A stretch of 63,202 nt of DNA, filler included, from Perkinsus olseni (taxonomy: Eukaryota): the NCBI GenBank assembly GCA_013115125.1. It is 15 parts of 15 records of this genome, joined end to end, with 100 filler letters (N's around TTAATTAATTAA, not from the genome) between each part and the next. Parts side by side here need not be neighbours in the genome. Positions count along the whole stretch, not along the records: positions 1 to 4,188 come from JABANN010001307.1; positions 4,289 to 8,471 come from JABANN010001308.1; positions 8,572 to 12,747 come from JABANN010001309.1; 12 more parts are not named here. One strand, written 5' to 3'. This document shows, piece by piece, positions 1 through 11,600 of this stretch (within the stretch, counting starts at the first letter, position 1; each line of letters opens with the position of its first letter). The translations under genes were made by a program, and so were the position numbers. The notes under the pieces were generated by a model that searched no databases, was not told the DNA's origin, and was given only the letters and a program-made list of their open reading frames with translations.

Positions 1-150
1 CCTACTCAACAACAACAACAACCTCCCGTACGGGTTTCACAACAGAGTCGACCTACTCAACAACAACAACAACCTCCCGTACGGGTTTCACAACAGAGTC
101 GACCTACTCAACAACAACAACAACAACCTCCCGTACGGGTTTCACAACAG
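1..150 (+). repeat. About 3 tandem copies of a ~51-bp coding repeat (PTQQQQQPPVRVSQQSR) containing a CAA microsatellite
   Basis: cctact(caa)n cctcccgtacgggtttcacaacag at 1, 52 and 103. Confidence 0.95.
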
Positions 151-963
151 GTTCGGCCAGTCTACGAAGCTTCTTCATGTGGATGGGGAGAACAGCCGAG
201 GTGGAGTGTCCCTAGGTCGCCTACCCTGGGAGAAGAGCAGAAGTGGACTGTTCCTAGGTATCCTTCCCCTCTGAAGATAGGCGATGTTACAGACCTGACC
301 CCAAGTGAGATTGCTGTGCATCGGACCGACACAGGAGTTGAAATTCTCCGCCGTGGCAGACTGTGGAGGATATCGTCCTACCCCGAGTACGCTCGAGGGG
401 AGATACCGCCCTGGCGAGGCCTCGAAATGGCTCTTGATGATGGCCGAAGGCGATTCGAGAATGGAAAGATCACGATGCGCATTACTGAGCTAGAGAGAAT
501 TCTGAGCATAGGTTTGACCGAGTGTGATAACGAGGGGTGCTTATGCCGATCGAAGTACCCTGGGGTGGTATAAGAGATGACCGGAAACAAGTGCCCTAAT
601 TCTACTGGTTTCAGCAGCTCAGGAAAGCATTGGGACCGTGGACGTCTTGTTCAGGAGACTGCCTATCAGATGAAGGTTGGTGACGTAGTGTCATTGCACC
701 TGCATACGGATGGGTCAGGGTTGTACTTCCGCGCTCTCGAACTCGTTGTGAATGGGCAGCTCTACCCGGCCACCCTGGAAGCCAAGAGGTGCGGGAGGCT
801 GATTCTGAAGGGGAGCGGCGCTTGGTCAGTGGCCCTACTCCTAGGAGTCGATCATATCACCACGCCTAAGCATTCGGACAACATCGTCGAGGAAGTGACG
901 ACACCCAGTACCATGCCATCAGACGAAGCTAGAAAACTGCCCATGAGGGACTCGTGGAACTGA
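1..963 (+). pseudogene. 5'-partial frame-1 ORF of unknown function with one in-frame TAA (571-573)
   Basis: The Q-rich repeats, ORF 316-573 and ORF 577-963 share frame 1 and are separated by a single stop; no recognisable domain. Confidence 0.35.
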
Positions 964-2524
964 GTCAGTTGAACTGACTAGGGCTCCGGGTCTGATTTTT
1001 TCTATCGTTCTCGGGGACTCAAGTCAGAGGGAGCGAGCAAGTTGATTATGTCATCATTAGCAACAATCTCATCAGATTTTATACGTTGTTTGTTGTTCTT
1101 TTTGTCAGTGTTAGGCGTGTCAGTGCGATCATCATGAGATCAGTGATCAGAGAGTACTGTATGAGTGAATGTTAAGTATCCTTTCTTATCATTGCATGTC
1201 GCTGCTGCGTGAGAGTATATTCTTGTTACAGTGGTGAGATATAAGGCACTTATAAGGTTGGTGCCAAGGATGCGTCTGTGATAGGAAACTGCAGATAAGG
1301 AGCTAACGGGCCCGACGTAGAAACTCAGCTACTCGTAACGGCGGGCGAGGCATCACTACCTGCTCAGCTACCCACAGGATACGCCATCAGCTGCACTTAC
1401 TAGTCATTACACGTCTTAGACGTTGTTTCAGAGTTGCGAATGCGCCAACCTTCAAGAGATCGTCCGTCGACTACGAAGGGTGGCGACGAGGTCCGGCAGA
1501 GCTGCTATCATTTTCAAGAATGTTTGTCCCCTATTTTTACGAATCGCACTAGTAGCACATTTCGGCGTACTCACAACCATCATGCTCAGGCGTGCGTGTT
1601 GGGAGCGTGGAATATCACCCTACAACCTGACACCCCAGTCTATTGGCTCAAGTGTCCGGACCTCAAACAGTACCTCGTGAAGTTCCGAGTGCTTGCACGG
1701 CATGAGTTCGCAAAGAGACTCAGTGAGTGTTCTGTCGTATCGAGAAATGATTTTCACTCTTTCCACACGTCCGTTCCACCAGTTATCAAGGCCGCTCCTG
1801 CTTGCACTATACCACAATAAAGATGTTCCCAATCCGTCTTTTCGAAATCGTCACTTGTCTCAGAAACCGGTGTTCTACTGCATTCGTCGTCAGAGTCTGC
1901 AGGAGTGCGAGGACTCGCTGTATGGGTGGAGTCGACGGGCTCTTCAGGTCGAGTGTACCGGTTAGGGGGGCGAGACCTCACCTGCAAGCCGCTCAGTAAG
2001 TGGGCTTTTTCCATCTGTGGGTTATACATGCGCTTTTTCAGAGACATCTGTCTGTCTCTCCGAGTCAGGGGTGCTGGATGAGCAATGGGAGATACTCATA
2101 CAAGGGAATAAAGGAGTTGCTTTTCTCGATGACCGGAAGGTAGAGGCCCTCCCCAGACTCACATTTTTGCTGGAGTTCGACTCACAATACCGCTATGGCG
2201 GTGGATCCACATCCATTTCAAAACCGCAGATATGATGACCTCACTAAGGTACGGATCACTTTTCAAACGAGCGTCAACTCTGGAGCGATCGGCTTTTTTA
2301 ACACGTCCGGAGACCCGTCTTTGGACGTGGACTTTAATTCTGTGACAATCACTTGTGTCGAGCATGGGGCACGCCCCCTCCTCCCGAACTATCATAACAG
2401 TCGAGGGGAAGGTGAGTGTAAAATGTCCGTGCGGTAGAATAACAGCTATACGACTGCTTCGATGTTGAATGTAGAGGCAGCGTTGATCACGATATAGCAT
2501 TCATGCGAGGCCGTTAGATGGGTT

Positions 2525-2710
2525 GTAAGTCATCAGATCGTTGATAATGAGGGAGCTGCCCGGGAGGCCGCCTGTAAATATAACGCGATTATGGTATTGT
2601 GAGATTGTTCTTTCGTGATTTCTCAATATCGTGTCGTATATCCCACTGTGAGCTGCGTTGTCCCTGTAGCGCTAGATGTCATTGATATTACTAGTTTGTA
2701 ATTGAGACTG
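2525..2710 (+). repeat. Dispersed LTR-like repeat (other copies at ~33212-33317 + and ~55085-55240 -)
   Basis: Shared core tgt(g/c)agctgcgttgtc..agcgctagat.t.attgatat.acta..ttg.aattg; the 33212 copy directly precedes a gag ORF. Confidence 0.6.
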
Positions 2711-3485
2711 CGTGATTGCCGATATTCAATGCTAGTACAGGTTCGGAGTCTTCGTGTTTACGTGCGTTGGGAATGGATTCGGCGCCAGGCATCATTGAAT
2801 CATCTCCGTACGAGACCGCGATGATGCATTTTAGCTTCGGAACTGCGTGGTTGTTGATGTCATTGGTGGTCAGGCGATCGCCGGGGGAAGATTCGAGAAC
2901 GAAGGTAGAAAGGGTTAAGGTAACTCCTACCAACTTGCTTTGTGGCTTCCAAGACTCACATCCTCAGGCAAGGCCAGTGAGCTCTTCATTACTGCGTTTG
3001 TGATCGCTGCGGACTCACATTTTGGATGACTCAGTAAAACAACATGTGCAGAGACTGAAGCGATCAAAGGTGTCTCAGCGGTTCCGTACCAAGCGCGTTG
3101 CCTTAAATAGTCTTGGCCAAAGTTCGGCGCACAGTGGTCCGGAGGACCCCCCTGATTTTCACTCGTCCCTCCCTTCTTTCTCCCCAGTCTTTGTATTACT
3201 TACAACTCTGACAGGCTTCGAACGGCTGCTGGTAATTTCTCTACTCCCTACTACGCTATCCATCACCCACGAAAAACGCACTTACAGCAGGAATCAACAT
3301 TGTGTGGGGTAGGAGGTGAATGGTCAATTGGTCAATCGATCAGGAGATGTAAAAAACAATTTTTTGGTTTTCATATCAATTGCGGATCAATAAATCAATT
3401 AACCAGTCAACGAGTGATTGATTTCTCGCCTCCCAATGACGAAAACGTCCCGGCAATCGAGGAGGTTCACGAACTGCTCCTGGAT

Positions 3486-3559
3486 GCCCGATTAGTTCAG
3501 CTGGATAGAATGTCTGCCTACGGAGCAGATGGTCGTAGGTTCGAATCCTGCATCAGGTA
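3486..3559 (+). tRNA. trnR: tRNA-Arg(ACG), array copy 1
   Basis: Cloverleaf; anticodon arm TCTGC-CT ACG GA-GCAGA; T-loop GGTTCGAATCC; no encoded CCA. Confidence 0.93.
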
Positions 3560-3604
3560 GGGTTTCAGCTCTGGACGACATTGCGATAACCCTCGAAAGT
3601 ATAA

Positions 3605-3686
3605 CGACACCTGGGGGATTCGAACCCTCGCGGGCATAGCCCAACGGCTTAGCAGGCCGCCGCCTTAACCACTCGGCCAAAGTGTC
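3605..3686 (-). tRNA. trnS: tRNA-Ser(GCT), array copy 1
   Basis: GACACTTTGGCCGAGTGGTTAAGGCG; anticodon arm GCGGC-CT GCT AA-GCCGT; long variable arm GGGCTATGCCC; T-loop TTCGAAT. Confidence 0.93.
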
Positions 3687-3735
3687 TCATACAACTGCCG
3701 CTGCTCTTCGGTTGGTTCACGAACTGCTCCTGGAT

Positions 3736-3809
3736 GCCCGATTGGTTCAGCTGGATAGCATGTCTGCTTACGGAGCAGATGGTCGTAGGTTCGAATCCTG
3801 CATCAGGTA
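3736..3809 (+). tRNA. trnR: tRNA-Arg(ACG), array copy 2 (variant with a D-stem mismatch)
   Basis: As copy 1 with 3 substitutions; 250 bp downstream. Confidence 0.85.
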
Positions 3810-3854
3810 GGGTTTCAGCTCTGGACGACATTGCGATAACCCTCGAAAGTATAA

Positions 3855-3936
3855 CGACACCTGGAGGATTCGAACCCTCGCGGGCATAGCCCAACGGCTT
3901 AGCAGGCCGCCGCCTTAACCACTCGGCCAAAGTGTC
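3855..3936 (-). tRNA. trnS: tRNA-Ser(GCT), array copy 2
   Basis: As copy 1 with one T-stem substitution. Confidence 0.9.
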
Positions 3937-3985
3937 TCATACAACTGCCGCTGCTCTTCGGTTGGTTCACGAACTGCTCCTGGAT

Positions 3986-4059
3986 GCCCGATTGGTTCAG
4001 CTGGATAGCATGTCTGCTTACGGAGCAGATGGTCGTAGGTTCGAATCCTGCATCAGGTA
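3986..4059 (+). tRNA. trnR: tRNA-Arg(ACG), array copy 3 (same variant as copy 2)
   Basis: Matches copy 2. Confidence 0.85.
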
Positions 4060-4104
4060 GGGTTTCAGCTCTGGACGACATTGCGATAACCCTCGAAAGT
4101 ATAA

Positions 4105-4186
4105 CGACACCTGGAGGATTCGAACCCTCGCGGGCATAGCCCAACGGCTTAGCAGGCCGCCGCCTTAACCACTCGGCCAAAGTGTC
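4105..4186 (-). tRNA. trnS: tRNA-Ser(GCT), array copy 3
   Basis: Matches copy 2; the array runs into the contig end. Confidence 0.9.
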
Positions 4187-4188
4187 TC

Positions 4189-4288
4189 NNNNNNNNNNNN
4201 NNNNNNNNNNNNNNNNNNNNNNNNNNNNNNNNTTAATTAATTAANNNNNNNNNNNNNNNNNNNNNNNNNNNNNNNNNNNNNNNNNNNN
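4189..4288. other. Artificial contig linker (N-run + TTAATTAATTAA + N-run). Also at 8472-8571, 12748-12847, 16996-17095, 21240-21339, 25478-25577, 29706-29805, 33928-34027, 38143-38242, 42342-42441, 46526-46625, 50703-50802, 54871-54970, 59037-59136
   Basis: Same 100-nt spacer with stops in all frames; intervening contig lengths fall from 4188 to 4066 nt. Confidence 0.98.
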
Positions 4289-4360
4289 GCTTCAAACACG
4301 CAATATGGCATGAATTAGACTGATTTTAGTGATTTGCATATCGAATTGGAACACCCTGTA
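4289..4360. mobile_element. Probable Tc1/mariner-type terminal inverted repeat end with TA target
   Basis: ...ttggaacaccctg|TA, i.e. TA|CAGGGTGTTCCAA on the minus strand, a typical Tc1/mariner terminus; the partner end is not in the contig. Confidence 0.5.
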
Positions 4361-5511
4361 TATCGAATCGATATTATCGATCTGTGAAAGAAGCCCGCTA
4401 GAAATGAGCACATCGGTGAAGGTCAAACCGAGCCGTTCCTGGTGGTGGACTAAAGACTCGCACGCACGTCAGCGCGATTCCTTTTATCAGATGAAGGAAT
4501 CGCGCTGACGTGCGTGAGTCTCAGAGTCTGAGACCGAGGACGGGCCGGCGATCGGTCATAACCGGAAGCAAGGGTCTGCAGAGAGATTTCGAGGTGTGAT
4601 TTCATCCAGACTAAAATGGTTGCGTAGAGATGCACGCTGAGCGGAGACACTCCGAGCCCTCGCTGAGTGTCCTGACGTCGTCAGGCTGACGAGCTACAGT
4701 AACTCGTAACTTAACACCCAGTAACTGGGCGTAATTGCGGCCTTTTGATAAGCGATGTCAGGCTTGTGTAAACTGACTTGCGACTCCTCAGAGGCTCCCG
4801 GAGTCGACCCGGGAGCCTGGAGGCTGCCCTTCCAGGGCTCGACTCCAGGCGCGCCTCCGGTACCCGGTCGAACCACAGGCGGGTCCGAGATTTCGGCTAG
4901 GTGAAACCCTGGTCTAGGTATGGACTTGATATCTTCCTGAATAGCCGTAGTGGTCACCTGGTGACCTCACCAGAAGTTGAGTTAGTCTAACGAAACTTAC
5001 TGAAGCGACTGAGGATCATTCCACGGCTGAGCATAGGCTAGAGCCTCCAGCCCGGAGGGGAATTGCGGGGCTTCAGTGAAGGCTCGAGAGAATGAGGGGA
5101 TCTGTAACGCTCGTGAGTATACCTCCATAGACAAGTCCCCACGGTACCCACTGAATCAGAGGCTCATCTGAGATGGTTGCGAGTAACAACCCGACAACCC
5201 GCATGACCCAGGCTACTAGTAGTAGCTCACTACCTCGTCGCGACCTCTACCCAGAAAATCCAAGCAGTCGATCCTCGAACCGTTATCGTTCGTCACTTAA
5301 CAGTCCTCACCAGGAGATCCGGCTAGCATAACTTGTAAATCGACTGAGTCGGGCCCCCTCCCGGGCAGAAGAACGCTGGCAGCAACTTGACAATGCCAAG
5401 GTGGCATGAAGACAATGATAATTGAGTAACGACAACCTACATTTTGGACGATTAAAGCCAGAAACTCCGATGCTCAGCCATCATGTGTAGCCCCCGCGGC
5501 TCAAAGTTTGA

Positions 5512-6329
5512 GTGGAAGGTCCCACCCAGGAAGTTTTTTTTGTTAATGGCTCAGAGGTGACTTTATTTGAGCACACATGCAAATTCGCCTTCGATGTCGG
5601 AGAGATTTCCATTGACTTCGGCCTGACCGCTGATTACAAATCCCCGTCGTCGAAGATTGAGCCTCACGCTGGTCTCGGCCTCAGATCTAGCGGGATGTCC
5701 ACAGGCAGCCCCAAGACGCTAATCGACCAGATGGTGTCGAAGAAGGTCATTGACACTGACGCTTTCTCCTTACACCTCGCCACAGAGGAGCATGCAGCTG
5801 GAAAACTTATTCTCGGTGGTGACGACCCGGACTCGTACCAAGAACCCATGAGGTTTGCGCTGGTCGTTGACACTACTTATGTGACCCTCACAGGATTCAA
5901 CATCGGCGGAGACGCTTACCCCAGGGTCCAAGTTGAAAGTCGAGCTTATCCGGACACGGGAGCCGACGTTATCGCAGTACCCGGGTTAAAGAGTTCTTGG
6001 TCCCTGTGGTTTATTCCATCGCTACCCGCGGTAAGGAGCGAGTAGCAATGAAACGCAAAGACGGATGGTACACAATCGCATGCGCCGATCGCCAGTATCT
6101 TCCTGACGTGACATTCTTGCTGAAGGGAGTGGATGGATTTGACGTTCCCTTGGTTATTACGCCCGACGCCTACGTTGAGCCTAAGCCGAAACCTGGTGGA
6201 AAAGACTGCATTCTGCTAGTTGACGACGACCCCGATAACGAGTGGACCATAGGGCATCCGGCTCTCCTTGGGAAGTATTTCTCTTTCCGTTGGGGTGAGA
6301 AGAAGATCGGTATCGCCGAATTGAAATGA
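5512..6329 (+). pseudogene. Pepsin-like (A1) aspartic protease, C-terminal part, frameshifted near 6000
   Basis: AGLGL, AFSLHL, GKLILGGDD, second catalytic YPDTGA, LPDVTF, C..L, WTIGHPAL..YFSF....KIGIA; first DTG not seen. Confidence 0.85.
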
Positions 6330-6333
6330 AGTG

Positions 6334-6888
6334 TGTCGACCCTAATCAGTGATCAGCTCAATATTTTGGATGATCGCTCCGAGCGATTCGCTCGAGGGCT
6401 TCGCGGCCCTACGATGGGGTCGTCATTAGACTGTTTGGAACAGTCTGTCTCTTTCGGCACACAGTGTGCCTGCCTGCTCCTGAGGGGCATGCGTATTTCG
6501 TTCTTTGCTAGCCAACTCAGTGTCTGGATCGTAGAATGCCCGGAATGGGAATATGCCTTCGCATATTCTTACCAGACTTATTAAGGGCAGATAGACTTCG
6601 TTAAACGGAGGATTGAGGACCCAAAAGAGTACAAGTGATTTGTGTGACGCGGCCAATACTTATCCGTGATGTTAACTAACGAAGTTCGTATTATTACGGT
6701 TACCGTAGTATGGCATCGTTCGGTATGAACTGGTGATCTTTCGCTGGCAGCAGGCGTTTCGGATTTTGGTCTCTTTGGTCACTTTAGGCCCTGTGTCTCT
6801 TTAGGCTAAGTCACTCTGGTGCACGAGTGTGAGCCTAGCTTCCTTATTTACTATTAGGTGTGATTGGCTGAGAATAGCTATCCTTACA
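6334..6888 (+). repeat. Putative solo LTR (TGT...ACA), homologous to 7400-7985
   Basis: 6573-6790 aligns by eye with 7682-7905 (cagacttatt..aacggaggat.gaggaccc..gtgacgcg.ccaat..gtgatgtt..acgaagttcgtatt); no TSD found and boundaries tentative. Confidence 0.45.
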
Positions 6889-7399
6889 CCATTGGTTGTA
6901 GTTGCGCTGTTTCGGCATTAGCTATACTCTCTACACAGTCGAACGCATACTTTCTGCGCCTTGAAGAAGCCTTTGGTTGGGAGTCAATACAGGCACGGAA
7001 GGGCCGTAACGGAGATTGAGGACCCCAGCGTAGGGTGTACGAATTTGGACATTGTCAATCAGTATAAGTCAGGCGAAAAATGAGGGGAAATCGCAAAATG
7101 ATCAAATAAGCCTAAAATTTGGACGTTACGGTTTAACACAAGTGGACCGAGTGTTTATCTGCCACCACCTCCCCCCGCACGCATGACTGACAGTTATATC
7201 GAACGACGGTAGTACTTTGGCAGTGTCTCTATCAGAAACCGAGCGCGAGGTAGCACAAACCTTTTACAGGGAGGGTAAACTTGTCATTGTGGGTTTGCGC
7301 TATGCATCAGTGCATGATGGTTATCATATCGTGGGCTGCGACTTGTGTAACTAGTTCCTGCTAGGTGCGTAGCTCTCCCACAGGCACCGTCTTCTAATC

Positions 7400-7985
7400 T
7401 GTAACAGATTATTTCGCCACTAATTATCATGCTTCAGTTCTGGCTTATCAGACGAGTTGTCTGCCCGTCGTATACAGTACTTACGTCCAAGTCGGAAGAC
7501 CTTGCGATCGATTCGGTTTCCACCATGCGAACCCGGTTCGCATTCGATTCGGTTCGCCGAACCGATGCAAATTACAATCGATCAGTAGGGCTTAGCTCAG
7601 ACGAGTGCGATGTGGCGCATGCGGTTCAATAGGGATTCGTGACATTACTGCTTGATCCGCTACTCTCTGTATATTGACTATCAGACTTATTGGGAAATAG
7701 TCATTTTTGTAGAACGGAGGATCGAGGACCCACAAGAACACGAGTAATTTCTGTGACGCGACCAATCCATATCGGTGATGTTTACTACGAAGTTCGTATT
7801 TATACGGTATTGCTCGGTCTGCTATATGTTGTGAATTACACGTTGTCGTCCTTACTGGACGTAAGGTGTTTCGGATCTTGGTGATCATTTTCGTCACTTT
7901 CGCTCGATATGGAGAATACTCCAATCAAACGAGACGATAACATGGGTGTTGGGTTTCATTGGAGTCAGTCAATAAGTGACTGACA
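7400..7985 (+). repeat. Putative 5' LTR (TGTAAC...TGACA) followed by GTCATC and an ATG at 7993
   Basis: TG..CA ends; homology to 6573-6790; downstream GTCATC also follows the verified LTR at 55788. Confidence 0.45.
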
Positions 7986-8681
7986 GTCATCAATGACGTC
8001 TAGTTCCGAGGATCCTAGTAGGAAGCGAAGAATTGTGTGGCAACAATTGCTGCCTATCTTGACCCCAGCTCACGTTATGCGATTGAACTTATCATTGAAG
8101 CAAGCCTTCTCTCCCCAGGGGATCATCCCGAAGGGCCATCAACGAAGAAGCGAGGGGATTCTCCAGAAGACACCGATAACAATGGTTTCTATACGACATG
8201 CTTACACTGGTCTCCAGCAACTGGGTTGCAGTCTGAGTACTACGCGGAAGGGGATCTGCGACATCAAACTGGAAATTGCCTACCGGTTCCTGCTATGATT
8301 AGGACTTGCTAGGAAAGCACTCCACCAGTTTCCAGAGCGAATTTCGCTCGAATTTCGGCAACGTTTCGCTCGGCGAAACGCTGCCAGCATTAATACTTCT
8401 GTAGCGGGCCGTGTGAACCCCGCTGGGAGCTGAGGTCCAATGAAGGGCTGAGGCTCAAGATCTTCACCACTNNNNNNNNNNNNNNNNNNNNNNNNNNNNN
8501 NNNNNNNNNNNNNNNTTAATTAATTAANNNNNNNNNNNNNNNNNNNNNNNNNNNNNNNNNNNNNNNNNNNNAGTCGGTGAAACGGTTACTCCTGTACCTC
8601 TTCTACCCTACCACTGGTTGCGTTACTGGGTTCATTTCTGCACAATCATCCGAGAAGAAGCTTTGAGACCAACGACTTACT

Positions 8682-11600
8682 ATGAACCCAGCAAGCAAGA
8701 CTCCGCAAGATCCTAAGAAGTCTCCTCAGGATGTGTCGAGTCCGAGTGACCCACCGGTGTGGGCATGGGAGCTCAAACATGATATTGATGAGATGAAGGA
8801 AATGGGATCCAAGGTGGATTCTTTGGCTAACGCTTTGGAAGAGATCAAATTGTTTATGACTACGAGTATGAGTGCATCATCCATTAAGACCGATACTGCT
8901 ACTAGATATGATAATAAGAGTGGTAATGTTGATATTGATACTAAGCAGAAGCAGTCGGGTACTGGTTCAGGGTCTGATAAAGTGATAGATGAGAACCACC
9001 ACTCTGATGATACTGTGGTGTCGGTGAGTTCTCAAGACTTACATTCCGTCGGCGTTGATGTTACTAAGGCCTCTAAACGTGCTAAGGCTATGGGCACTAT
9101 TGAAGGTGGACCATATCAAGGAACCACTGATCAGAGGGGATTTGTGGCTTTCAGGAGAATGATATTAGATACTCCCGAGGTCGAGTTTGGGCCTTCTACT
9201 GAGCAGCAGTGGGCCTTTGTGTTCTTTTATATTACAGCTAATGTGACGGTTCCCATTAAGAAGCTCATTACTAATACTTGTAGGAAGAATGGGGATACCA
9301 CGTTTAAGGAGAGGTTGACTACGGCTTGGTCGGTGCTGAAATCTTACAGCGACCTGTCTGATGAACTTTCACTTACTACCAGGTGGGAGTCTCTATCATG
9401 CAGTGACCCTAAGGGGTTAGAACAGTTCATTGCCGACTTGGAATGCATCCGTGATCAGCTAGCTTTCCAGCGTGGGTCAGAGCTATCCGATGTAGAGCTA
9501 CGTGGCCGCTTATATGGCGGACTCCCGATCGGATCTCAAAGATATATTGATGGTCTACCGAAGGGTTCATGTGCCACTTATGATATGATGGTTGAGGAGG
9601 CTAAGAAGTGGAGTCGGTTGTCAGTTAAGTATGATGACAGTAAGTCTAGTGTGGCTAAACCGAAGCTTACACCTAAGACTGCAGCACCTAAGAAGTCTCC
9701 GGCTCCCAAGAAGACTGCCACTAACGTGGAGTTGAATGGGGTTGAGACGGTGACTGCACGTGATAGTGGTGGAGATGCACCTCGGCGAGTCTTCGTGAAT
9801 GGTATTCCAACATGGTGGTCCTTCATTGATATGAAAGCTTTCGTCCAGCAGGTGTTATCTGCTGAGTGTAAGGTCTATGTGAAGATGCTACCGAGTAGAG
9901 GGAATGGCGTCCTCTCGTTTGGGTCTAGTACTGATGCCAAACGTTTTATCGATGTGATTACTAACTCCTCATTTGAGGGATGTGAGAAATTGAGAGCCCG
10001 TTTTGATAGGTATGAACGATTCTCCTCAGATGGGAAGCCTCGATTTGGTAATGATCGTCCTCTTCGAACTTCCATGGTTTCTACTCAAGTTAATACTGTT
10101 AGTACTAATGTTGAGGAGGGTACTGAAGCTCCTTCTCAAGTCGATGTCTCTAATCATGAATGCAATAATGGCATTTTGGATAGGGGTGATGTTACTGGCA
10201 GTGTGACAATTGACAGGGTACCAGGCGATAGTGACCATCCAAAGCACGGAGCTCAAGTTTTGACTCGAACAACTACCGGTTTACCGTGCCTACGTGTGAA
10301 GGTTGGGAATGAACATCTTGTTCTTGACGCTATGCTTGATTCAGGGGCTACGGATGTTTTCCTTTCATCCAAGTGCTTTGATGAGTTGGTTCGTGCTGAT
10401 CCCTCACTGGTGTTAGGTTCGTGTTCACAAACTGTTAAAATGGTGAACGGTACGGGCTGCTTGCTCCGTGGTGTGGTGCGGGGTGTTCTCCTACAACCTC
10501 TTGGTGGTCAGCGAAGCCGTGTTGATGCTTATGTTTTGAGTTCATGTAACCATGACATGATATTGCCACGAGGAGTTCTTGGACGTTGCCTATGGATGAT
10601 GAATGAGGATGGTAAGGATGTGATCATCTTTGGTGAGAAGGCCGAGAAAGTGCTGCAAGATGCTATCCCTTCTACAAGCGTTCCCACTTCTGAAGGGTCG
10701 CATGTTGTAGAAGTAAATGGTGCTGAGATGGTGTCGAACCCATTATCAATTCTTGATAATGGGGGAGGTTCTTCGCCTGAGAGGGTCTCGGTCTCTATAC
10801 CATGGAAGTCCGATGCTAGACCGAGTCAGAATTTTCCTGCGATCCGGCGGCGGATGCAACGTGTCTTGGCACGACTTTCTGAAGATTCTGCGAAGTTGGA
10901 TGCTTATCAGAAGGCTGTGAAGGAGTTGTTGGCTTCCGGGGCAGTCGAGGTTATGAAAGGTGACGATGATCCAGAGGAGTTTGCTCTCTTCTATACTGCG
11001 GTGACTCCGGTTATAGATGAGTCTAGGGTGAGCACGAGATGCCGGTTGTGCCTTGATGCGCGACCTTTAAATACTTTCACCAAGCTGCAAGGTCTTGAAG
11101 ACCCGTCTGTGATACCAAGACGCCTTGACTTGTATGCTTCGATACTGCGATGGCGGTGTATGCGTCGTGTGAGCTGTGAAGACCTCAGCAAGGCCTTTTG
11201 GCAGGTTGAGGTCCAGAGCGGCGATAGAAGGTTCCTGGGAATGGTGTTGGGACCAAATTTGGTGGTTCGGTGGGTTCGAGTTCCTTTCGGGTGTGGTTGG
11301 AGTCCGTGGGCCTTATCTTATGGTATCCAAGTTGCGATGAATGATGTTACGAATGCTGATGCTCGTTCCAGTTTGGACTACTATGTTGATGATCTGTGTA
11401 TATCGGCCTCTAATGAGGCTGACGTTGAGCGAAGCCGGTCCTTCATTATTCCTGCCTTGGCGGCTCGTGGTTTCATGACGAACCCTCAAAAAAGGGCCCA
11501 TAATTTGGGTACTGACTCATCTGTTATAGGCGTGGGTGCCTTGATACATGATGTTTCGGTGTCTAATGTACATGCCTGGCTTGGATACCGTTGGTTGGTT

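Noticed and set aside
1-150. 51-bp repeats as a possible CRISPR array
   Set aside because: No spacers; a coding Q-rich tandem repeat
1645-1654. TTGGCTCAAG, matching the 3' end of the dinoflagellate/Perkinsus spliced leader
   Set aside because: The upstream CCGTAGCCAT part is absent; a 10-nt match alone is insufficient
3492-4180. Three similar 62-93 aa minus-strand ORFs (MAEWLRRRPAKP...)
   Set aside because: Spurious translations of the tRNA-Ser/tRNA-Arg array
4233-4244. TTAATTAATTAA palindrome recurring every ~4.2 kb
   Set aside because: Synthetic six-frame-stop linker inside N-runs; ORFs ending XXXLIN are artefacts of it
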